DNA of 16,322 nt from assembly GCA_046581755.1 (NCBI GenBank), contig JAYGFR010000185.1, positions 1-16,322 on the forward strand, written 5' to 3'. Shown piece after piece: positions 1-7,007 of the stretch; positions within the stretch are counted from its first letter, which is position 1, and each line of letters opens with the position of its first letter. This stretch comes from Nitrospinota bacterium (GTDB taxonomy: Bacteria; UBA8248). The notes under the pieces were generated by a model, which saw only the letters and a program-made list of their open reading frames with translations, did not search any database and was not told the origin of the DNA. The translations under genes were made by a program, and so were the position numbers.

Positions 1-32
1 GGACAAACGCGGTTTTTGAGAAGGAAACCAAT

Positions 33-923
33 ATGAGCAGCTACATCGACAGTCATAACCACATGCACGCCCTGAGCTGGGACGAGTGGGAGCTTTTCGC
101 CATGACCGGCATGGCGGGGGCGGTTCTTTCGTGTGGAAATCCGCATGTCCACCGGGAAATTTGGGAGGCCCCGCCCACGGCCGCGGATATCTTCCGCTTC
201 TGGGACTCGCCCATCCGCTTGGCACGGGTGGCCGAGGAAAAACACTTCATGCGGCTCCGGTGCGCGGTGGGTGTCAGTTCGATGATGCGCGTCGAGGGCT
301 GGGAGAAGCTCACCGAAAGGCTTCCGGAATATTTGGGCGATCCCCATGTCGTAGCGGTGGGCGAGGTGGGCCTGGACCCTTCCCAGTATTTTCAGCTCAC
401 CTGGCCCCTGGAGGATCAGGAGCGCTGCCTCGAAGCACAGGCGCGGATCGCCTCGGAGGCGGGAATGCCCCTGATTCTCCACACCCCGACTCCCAAAAAA
501 AGCGTGGATTTTCTCGGGGGCGTGGCCGTGCAGGGGGAGGTCTCTCCGGAGGAGTTCCGGCTTCACTATCTCCGGCGGGATCTGGAGATCATCGAAAAAG
601 CGGGCCTGGATCACAGCCTGCTCGTCATCGACCACGTGGATGGGTCCATCATCGATTATGTCCACACGGAAACCGGGGCGTGGTGCGGAATCAGCATCGG
701 AAGCGCCCTTCGTCCCATCCATCCGGATCGGGTTTGCGAGTGGGTGCGGGAATACGGCCCGGAGCGAATCATGCTGAACTCGGATCACCTCGGGTACCGG
801 TCGATCGATTTTTTCTCCGTTCCCAAGGCGCTCCGCGCCATGAGGCGGGCGGAAATCCCGGAAAAAGACATCCGGCGCGTATCTTTCGATAACGCTAACG
901 AACGGTTCGGGTTGGGTCTTTGA
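33..923 (+). CDS. TatD-related (COG1099-like) TIM-barrel metal-dependent hydrolase
   Basis: Motifs IDSHNH, VGEVGLD, LILHTP, VIDH, LNSD in the expected order; SD AAGGA upstream of ATG 33. Confidence 0.85.
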   Translation: MSSYIDSHNHMHALSWDEWELFAMTGMAGAVLSCGNPHVHREIWEAPPTAADIFRFWDSPIRLARVAEEKHFMRLRCAVGVSSMMRVEGWEKLTERLPEYLGDPHVVAVGEVGLDPSQYFQLTWPLEDQERCLEAQARIASEAGMPLILHTPTPKKSVDFLGGVAVQGEVSPEEFRLHYLRRDLEIIEKAGLDHSLLVIDHVDGSIIDYVHTETGAWCGISIGSALRPIHPDRVCEWVREYGPERIMLNSDHLGYRSIDFFSVPKALRAMRRAEIPEKDIRRVSFDNANERFGLGL

Positions 924-924
924 A

Positions 925-986
925 GCGGGATGGGGGGAGCCGCATTCCGGACCCATCCCGCCGCCCGCGCTCTCGCGGAATTTTTT
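925..986 (+). terminator. Stem-loops/putative intrinsic terminator after the TatD-like gene
   Basis: GCGGGATGGG (925-934)/CCCATCCCGC (952-961) perfect 10-bp IR, then CCGCG-CTCT-CGCGG (965-978) followed by AATTTTTT. Confidence 0.55.
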
Positions 987-1016
987 GAAAAACCGGGTGC
1001 GCCGGGGCCGTGTGCA

Positions 1017-1026
1017 TGATATAAAT
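1017..1026 (+). promoter_or_regulatory. Putative extended -10 element TG-A-TATAAA(T)
   Basis: TGATATAAAT in an intergenic region; identical decamer at 6446-6455. Confidence 0.4.
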
Positions 1027-1107
1027 TTACCCGCACCCCCGAAACTTCCGGATCGCCGATGCCGGCCTAGGCCAGCGGATTCGGTATTCGACAAAGGACT
1101 GGAGCGT

Positions 1108-1656
1108 ATGGCACAGGCCGAAAGAAAAGTTGTCTCGTTCATGCTGAACGGCGAGCCGGTGGAGGCCGCCGTCCCCGTGACGCGGTATCTCGTGGATGTC
1201 ATTCGCGAGGATCTGTCCATGATGGGAACCAAGCGCGCCTGCGATCAGGGGGTGTGCGGAACCTGCAGCGTGATCATGGACGGAAAGCTCGTGAGTTCGT
1301 GCCTGACCCTGGCCGTCCGGGCCGAGGGCGCCGAGATCACCACTATCGAGGGGATCGGGAGCATGGAGGAGGGCCTGCATCCCCTCCAAGACAGCTTCGC
1401 CAAGCACGGGGCCACCCAGTGCGGCTACTGCACACCGGGGATGATCGTCTCCGCCTATGCCCTCCTCAACGAGAATTCCGATCCCACCGAAGAGGAAATC
1501 AAGCACTGGCTGACGGGAAACCTCTGCCGGTGCACGGGCTATCAGAAGATTGTCGATGCCATCCGCGCCGTCGCCGAGGGGCGGACCGAACCCGGTCCCG
1601 ATTTGGGGACCGTGATCGTCAAGGCCTATGAAAACGAGCCGGGCGCCGCGAAATAA
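1108..1656 (+). CDS. 2x[2Fe-2S] small subunit of xanthine dehydrogenase/CO dehydrogenase family (CoxS/CutS-like)
   Basis: GTKRACDQGVCGTC..SC and QCGYCTPG..NLCRCTGY motifs; ATG 1108 preceded by AAGGA/GGAG, preferred over TTG 985. Confidence 0.92.
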   Translation: MAQAERKVVSFMLNGEPVEAAVPVTRYLVDVIREDLSMMGTKRACDQGVCGTCSVIMDGKLVSSCLTLAVRAEGAEITTIEGIGSMEEGLHPLQDSFAKHGATQCGYCTPGMIVSAYALLNENSDPTEEEIKHWLTGNLCRCTGYQKIVDAIRAVAEGRTEPGPDLGTVIVKAYENEPGAAK

Positions 1657-1684
1657 TAGCCGGCCTCGAAGGAAAGTGGATTCC

Positions 1685-2194
1685 ATGAAAACCATGATCG
1701 AGCACGTTGCCCTTCGCGTCACCGACCTGGATCGCTCCATCTCCTTTTACCGCGATGTCATGGGCCTGAAGCCCGTTGGCCGGCGCCAGCTGGCGAACGG
1801 CAACATCACACAGGTCGTCTTCCGGGTCGGGGAGGATGTCCTCGTCCTTTTCTACAGTCCGAATTTCACAAAAGCGGACGAGGAAATCGATTTCGACTCC
1901 CGGCAGATTTCGGCCTATGTGTCCGGGGAGGCGAACCGGAAGTGGCGGGGCGGCATGGATCACCTGGCGTTTTCGTTCGAGGAGGAGGAATATCACGCCG
2001 TCATCCGGCGGTTGAAGGAGCACGGCTATAAGATCCACCGGGGCGAGGAGAAAAACCTCGGCGCCTTCGGCGTCGGCTATGCGACCTACTTCTACGATCC
2101 CGACCGAATCGAGGTCGAAATCAAGCGCTACGACGATCCGCCCGAGCAGCCCGACGACGAATGGTTCGAGACGGGCGAGAAAATGAGCAGTTAG
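1685..2194 (+). CDS. VOC (glyoxalase/bleomycin-resistance/dioxygenase) family protein
   Basis: IEHVALRVTDLDRSISFYRDVMGL, MDHLAF, YFYDPDRIEVEI; start ATG 1685 (or 1694) after AAGGA. Confidence 0.9.
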   Translation: MKTMIEHVALRVTDLDRSISFYRDVMGLKPVGRRQLANGNITQVVFRVGEDVLVLFYSPNFTKADEEIDFDSRQISAYVSGEANRKWRGGMDHLAFSFEEEEYHAVIRRLKEHGYKIHRGEEKNLGAFGVGYATYFYDPDRIEVEIKRYDDPPEQPDDEWFETGEKMSS

Positions 2195-2535
2195 GCTCTT
2201 TCCCCCGGGCGCGCGCCCAGCCAGCCCCGGGCCGCCGCCTCGATGACCCGGAGGGCGCTCCGGCCACCCATCCCCGCTCCTTTTTCAAAATCCCCATCGA
2301 CGTTACCCATCTGATTGGTCACGTGCGCGAAACAGATGACCGGCTTTTTGCGCGCGCGGGAAAAGGCGTAGAGGGCCGCCGCCTCCATCTCGACGGCGAG
2401 GATCCCCTTTTCGCGGCAGAATTCGATGGCGGTCTCCGTCTCGCGGAAGGGGGCGTCGGCCGTCCAGGTGGCGCCGCGCTCGATAGCGTCCGGAATCCTG
2501 GAGAAGGCGCCCCCGAGGGCGTCGAGGAGCTGGCC
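2191..2535 (-). pseudogene. 5'-truncated nucleoside phosphorylase (PNP/UDP family), C-terminal ~115 aa only
   Basis: Extending the 2191..2388 ORF upstream gives QLLDALGGAFSRIPDAIERGATWTADAPFRETETAIEFCREKGILAVEMEAAALYAF..HVTNQM; TWT.DAPFRET and VEMEAAAL are family signatures; no start codon upstream before an in-frame stop. Confidence 0.85.
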
Positions 2536-3168
2536 GCTCTCGGCGAGGTGGCGGCCCTGCGGGCGGACACTTCGGAGGAGGGGAGCGCCGGGAAAATCGT
2601 CGCGGCGGTGGAGGAGGCCTTCGGCGGGGTGGATATTTTGGTGAACAACGCAGGGGAGATGAGCTCCGGACGCTTCGAGATGCTCAGCGACACCATGCTC
2701 CAGACCCAGCTCGGCACCAAACTGTTCGGGTTTTTAAGGATGATCCGCGCGGTGGTGCCCCACATGCGGAAGGGGGGCTGGGGCCGGATCGTGGACATGA
2801 TCGGCGGAGCCGGAAAAGAGCCGGACCCGTATATGTTCGGCAGCGGGATGACGAACTCCGCCCTGCTCAACCTGACGAAATCGCTCTCGGACGAGTTCGG
2901 CGGGGAGGGCATCCACGTGAACGCGGTATGTCCGGGCTGGGTGGACACCGACCTCTGGCGGCGAAACGCCGATGGGCTGGCCGCGGAGCTCGATGCCGGG
3001 AGCGAGGAGGAGGCCCGCCGCCGCGCCGCGAGGAAGAATGCCTTGAACCGGTTCGGCCGGCCTGAGGAGCTGGCCGATGCCGGCGCGTTTTTGTGCTCCG
3101 AGCGGACGAGCTACATCACCGGGATCTCGCTCAACCTGGACGGCGGCCGCCTGAATTCCCTCTGGTAG
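2521..3168 (+). pseudogene. 5'-truncated short-chain dehydrogenase/reductase (atypical SDR)
   Basis: GGVDILVNNAG, GWGRIV, VNAVCPGWVDT, YITG..LNLDGG; N-terminal TGxxxGIG strand absent; the track's first ~120 aa are the antisense of the VOC 3' end and phosphorylase. Confidence 0.8.
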
Positions 3169-3321
3169 AGGCGGCGGGGAGGGGCGTTGTCCCTCGATGG
3201 CCCCGGCAAATTTTTCGCTTGCGACCGGGGCTTGCGGTCGGCCGGTAGAATGGGAGAACATGGTGGTGTGTTGAAGTCGTATCGGCGGGTTTGCCGCCGC
3301 CTGATCGTGTTGCCAGCGGGG

Positions 3322-3350
3322 TTTTTGGTGGCATTTTTGGTGGCGTTTTG
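3322..3350. repeat. 12-bp period direct repeat TTTTTGGTGGC(A/G) x2 plus partial copy
   Basis: tttttggtggca tttttggtggcg ttttg directly before the arsM SD. Confidence 0.7.
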
Positions 3351-3365
3351 AAGGAGCGGAATCAA

Positions 3366-4136
3366 ATGGCGGATGCATGTTTCGGAGAGACCCCTGGGGG
3401 CGGCGCCGATGCCAGTGACGTGAAGGCTGCCGTGCGGGAATTGTACTCGAAGGTGGCCGAGGGAATCGAAAGCTGCTGCGGCGGGGGCGAGATGCTGACG
3501 GGGACGGACAGCCTCCTGGCCAGCGGCTACGAGGCCGAGGCCGTCGCCGGGCTGCCCGAGGAGGTGATCGCCTCGAACGCCGCTTGCGGCAACCCCATCG
3601 ATCTGGCGAAGCTTCAAGAGGGCGAGACCGTCCTCGACCTGGGTTCGGGCGCGGGGCTGGATTGCTTCCTGGCGTCCCACGAGGTGGGCAAGACCGGCCG
3701 GAGCATCGGACTCGACATGACCGACGCCATGCTCGAAAAGGCGGAGGCGAACCGGAAAAAGATGAGGCTGGAAAACGTCGAATTCCGCAAGGGCGAGATG
3801 GAGGCGATGCCGGTGGCGGACGGGGAGGTGGATGCCATCATTTCGAACTGCGTCATCAATCTCTCGCCCGACAAGAAGGCGGTGTTCAACGAGTCGTTCC
3901 GCGTCCTCCGGCCCGGCGGGCGCTTCGTTGTATCGGATGTCATCCACGAGGGGGGCTTCGAGCCCTCTGGCTCGGCCGAGGATTGGTGCGCCTGCATCGC
4001 CGGGGCGATCAGCGAAGAGGAATACCTGAGCGGCCTGCGCGAGTCGGGATTCGAGGGCGCCGAAATCCTCACCCGAAAGCCCTATATCGCCGCAGGGCTC
4101 GTGAGCGTGACCATCCAGGCGATCAAGCCTCAGTAG
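3366..4136 (+). CDS. arsM: Arsenite S-adenosylmethionine methyltransferase
   Basis: N-terminal CC pair, CGNP, VLDLGSGAGLD, GLDMT, SNCVINLSPDK, WCACIAGA; SD AAGGAG at 3351-3356. Confidence 0.9.
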   Translation: MADACFGETPGGGADASDVKAAVRELYSKVAEGIESCCGGGEMLTGTDSLLASGYEAEAVAGLPEEVIASNAACGNPIDLAKLQEGETVLDLGSGAGLDCFLASHEVGKTGRSIGLDMTDAMLEKAEANRKKMRLENVEFRKGEMEAMPVADGEVDAIISNCVINLSPDKKAVFNESFRVLRPGGRFVVSDVIHEGGFEPSGSAEDWCACIAGAISEEEYLSGLRESGFEGAEILTRKPYIAAGLVSVTIQAIKPQ

Positions 4137-4158
4137 CAAGCCTCGGCAGGGGATGAAT

Positions 4159-5004
4159 CTAGCCCAGTATTTTTCGGGCGGCCTCGGGCGTGGACATTCC
4201 CGCGCGGACGCCCCGCGCCTCGGCCACGGCGTTCGCCGCCGAAATTTCGCCGTCCTCCCAAGTGCTCATCACTTCGCCGATGCGCGCGGTCATGGCGCCC
4301 ACAGCGGCGGCGGCGATTCCGGCCTCGGCCAGCGGGCCGAACGAGGATATCCCCGAGTCCTCCAGCCCCCTTCCCGCGTCGTTCGCGATGACTCCCTTGA
4401 GCCGGAGCGGAATGACGAACTTCGAGAGGGTGGCGCCGCAGTGGGAGGCCTGAACGAACATGTCGTTGGGCCGGGGCTCCTTGATCGAGCGCAGGACGGG
4501 AATCCCCCACGAGGCGTAGACCGTGCCGCTCCCCGTTTCCACCAGCGTGTATATTTCGTTCGAAACCGCTTCCCCGCCCAGGTCGGCGGGCTCCCTGGCG
4601 GGGGCCTGGAGCATGAGGCGCGCGGCCTCGGCGATGGGTTGTCCTATCTCCACTCCGAGCTTAAGGGCGAGCCCGTTGGCGTGGCCGACGGTTCCCTCGT
4701 ACACCGATTCCCCGTCCGCGAGGCGGGCGGACATCGTTTCGCAGGCGGCGGCGGGCATCCCGTGGCTCTGGGCGAGGGCGAGGCCGCTGATCCCGGCATC
4801 GTCCTTGCCCACCCCGGCGGCGTGGGCGATGCCCCCCTTGACCCCGATTTTGAGCGCCCAGGCCAGCGTCGGGCCGGCGGCGTAGGAGCCGGACATGATG
4901 ACGTCCTCTCCCGTCACCCGCTCGTCGAAGTAGGTCATCGAGTCGGCGTAAAAAATCCGGCCACGCTCATTCTCGTGGGCCAGCGTGATCGGGTCCGGGG
5001 CCAT
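4159..5004 (-). CDS. Uncharacterised protein with two tandem homologous domains
   Basis: Halves align: GSY/ASH, HAAGVGKDDAGISGL/NDAGRGLEDSGISSF, SARLAD/TARIGE, ANGLALKLGVEIG..EAA/ANAVAEARGVRAG..EAA; SD AGGAG. Confidence 0.8.
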   Translation of the reverse strand: MAPDPITLAHENERGRIFYADSMTYFDERVTGEDVIMSGSYAAGPTLAWALKIGVKGGIAHAAGVGKDDAGISGLALAQSHGMPAAACETMSARLADGESVYEGTVGHANGLALKLGVEIGQPIAEAARLMLQAPAREPADLGGEAVSNEIYTLVETGSGTVYASWGIPVLRSIKEPRPNDMFVQASHCGATLSKFVIPLRLKGVIANDAGRGLEDSGISSFGPLAEAGIAAAAVGAMTARIGEVMSTWEDGEISAANAVAEARGVRAGMSTPEAARKILG

Positions 5005-5032
5005 GGAGAATTCTCCTATTCGAGGCGTCGGC

Positions 5033-6298
5033 CTATTCGAGGGGGCGGCCGCAAATTTCGAGTGCGACAGCGAGATAGACCCGCGCGGCGGTCAACAGGT
5101 TCTCGACAGAGACATGCTCGCCGGCGGCGTGCATCCAGGTCCCGGAGTCGGGGTGGCTGAATCCGCCCGGGCCGTAAACGGCGCAGGGGATGTCGTAGCG
5201 GTTGAAATGGGTGGAGTCGGCGGCGGGGAGCCGCATGATGAGCTCCGAGGCCGACCCGGTGATCTCCTCGTGCGCGGCCTGCATCGACTGGATGATCGGG
5301 GCCCCGGGATCGAGGTGGGTGGGGGGATCGTTCACGTAGAGCAAAAGCGCCGCCTCGGGAGCGCCGGATTCTCCGGCCACGCGCTTTAAAATCTCGCGCA
5401 GCTCACGTTTCACCCCGTCGGCGGTCTGGCCCGGCACGGTCCGCACGTCCACGTACAAACTCGCCTCGAAGGGATTCCGCGAGAGGCGCCAGGTCAGGCC
5501 CCCGCGCACCGCCGCAATCGTCACCGAGGGGCGCTCGCCCATGAACTCGTTCCGCGCGCTGTAGCCGGGTGCCCAATCCCTCACCGCCGCCTGGATGCGG
5601 TGAATCTCCTCGACCGCGTTCCGGTGCCCCGGCCTTTTGCCGTGGGCGCTGTGGGCCATGGTGCCCTCCGCCGTGATCTTCGCCCAGATACAGCCCATGT
5701 TGGCGTTCGAGACGCGGAGCGATGTGGGCTCGGCGAGGATGGCATAGTCCGCGGTGATCCCGTGGGTGATCAGGTAGCGCGACCCCGTGCCGTAGCCCGC
5801 AAAGGACTCGCCCTGGAAATCCTCGATGGGGGCTTTTTCGATCTCCCCGGCCACCCCGGCCAAGGTGATGTCGCCCGCCAGCTCGATGTTCTCGTCGGCG
5901 ATGGCTTCGAGCACGATGAGGGCGCAGGCGAGGCCACTTTTCATGTTGTTGGCGCCAAGGCCCCAGATCCACCCGTCTCGGTGCACGGCCTTGGGCTTGA
6001 AGCCCTCGCCGGTGAGATAGTCCTCGTCGCCGGCGTAGGAGGTGTCCATGTGTCCGGTGAAGAGGAGGTTGGCCCCGCCGCCCGTGCCGGACAAGGTGCC
6101 CACGGCGTTGGGCCTCCCCGCGCTCACCTCCTGGAGCTGGGTCCGCAGGCCCGCGCGGCGCATCCGCTCCTCCAAATAGGCCGCCATTTTTGCCTCGCCC
6201 CCCGTCGGGCTGGGAATGTCCACCATCTCCATCAGAGTCCGGCGCAGAACGTCCTCGTAAATGTGCCGCTCGGCGCGATGAAAATCGGGATGGAGCAT
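5033..6298 (-). CDS. M20 family (ArgE/DapE-like) metallo-amidohydrolase with atypical metal ligands
   Basis: IPSPTGGE, GRPNAVG, GHMDT, WGLGANNMKSG, AEPT, dimerisation domain (AHS, DVRTVPG), C-terminal MHAAGEHV; SD GGAGG. Confidence 0.88.
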   Translation of the reverse strand: MLHPDFHRAERHIYEDVLRRTLMEMVDIPSPTGGEAKMAAYLEERMRRAGLRTQLQEVSAGRPNAVGTLSGTGGGANLLFTGHMDTSYAGDEDYLTGEGFKPKAVHRDGWIWGLGANNMKSGLACALIVLEAIADENIELAGDITLAGVAGEIEKAPIEDFQGESFAGYGTGSRYLITHGITADYAILAEPTSLRVSNANMGCIWAKITAEGTMAHSAHGKRPGHRNAVEEIHRIQAAVRDWAPGYSARNEFMGERPSVTIAAVRGGLTWRLSRNPFEASLYVDVRTVPGQTADGVKRELREILKRVAGESGAPEAALLLYVNDPPTHLDPGAPIIQSMQAAHEEITGSASELIMRLPAADSTHFNRYDIPCAVYGPGGFSHPDSGTWMHAAGEHVSVENLLTAARVYLAVALEICGRPLE

Positions 6299-6445
6299 GG
6301 TTGTCCTCCGGGTGTGGCCCGTTTTCCGGGCAGCCGGCCGATGAGGCCGAAATTAAGGGGCTGATCGAGGGTTCAAGATAACCGAGGAAAGGCGGCGATT
6401 CAATTCGCCCGGGGCCCGGCGGCGGTCTTTATTGTTCCAGGGTTT

Positions 6446-6455
6446 TGATATAAAT
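6446..6455 (+). promoter_or_regulatory. Putative extended -10 element upstream of cytochrome c
   Basis: TGATATAAAT in the AT-rich patch of the divergent intergenic region; same as 1017-1026. Confidence 0.4.
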
Positions 6456-6575
6456 AGAGGCTGATTTTCCCGCCGCTCCGGTGGATCCCCCACGGGTAAA
6501 GGGCCCGGAGGATGATGTCCGGTTTTTCCTGGACGGCAATCGAAACGGATGGCTTCGCAAAGAGGATAGGTTCGG

Positions 6576-7007
6576 ATGAATCGAAAAATCATATTGATGA
6601 CTGCAGCCGCGGCGGCCGCGGTGGCGGCGATTTTTTTTCTCGCTCCCGGTCCCGGACAGCCGCCCCGGAAAAAGGCCGCCGCACCAAGGACGGCGCCCGC
6701 CGTCAGGCCGGCCGGCGCGCCGGCGGGGGCTGGATTGGCGAAGGGGCGGATTCTGTTCGCTCAAAACTGCATGCAGTGTCACGGGCGAAAGGCCAAGGGA
6801 ACCGAGAATGGGCCCCCGCTCGTCGACCGGGTCTATGAGCCGAACCACCACGGGGACATCGCTTTTTATGTCGCCGTCGGGCGCGGCGTCCGCCAGCATC
6901 ACTGGCGCTTCGGTGACATGAAGCCTCTGCCCCATGTCCGGAGGGAGGATGTGACGCTAATCATTGCCTATGTCCGAAGCCTTCAGAAGAAAGCGGGGAT
7001 CTTTTAA
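6576..7007 (+). CDS. Exported/membrane-anchored mono-haem cytochrome c
   Basis: Basic plus hydrophobic N-terminus, CMQCH haem-binding motif, GPPL, distal Met (GDMKP). Confidence 0.88.
   Translation: MNRKIILMTAAAAAAVAAIFFLAPGPGQPPRKKAAAPRTAPAVRPAGAPAGAGLAKGRILFAQNCMQCHGRKAKGTENGPPLVDRVYEPNHHGDIAFYVAVGRGVRQHHWRFGDMKPLPHVRREDVTLIIAYVRSLQKKAGIF

Noticed and set aside
985..1107. TTG-start extension of the Fe-S subunit (likewise arsM 3291 and OrfA 15816 extensions)
   Set aside because: Better SD-associated ATGs lie downstream where family homology begins
2161..2520. N-terminal 120 aa of the 335-aa SDR ORF as a novel fusion domain
   Set aside because: It is the in-register antisense of the phosphorylase remnant and overlaps the VOC 3' end
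3366..4136. Selenocysteine-containing ArsM or other TGA read-through, prompted by the selC fragment
   Set aside because: All catalytic positions are Cys codons; TGA stops of the called genes fall at natural C-termini or at the IS frameshift
3111..4139. 342-aa antisense ORF, and similar long shadow ORFs (4153..5160, 7152..8300, 11298..12185, 12061..12939, 12245..13270)
   Set aside because: They overlap well-supported genes, have no recognisable motifs, and are expected from high-GC codon bias
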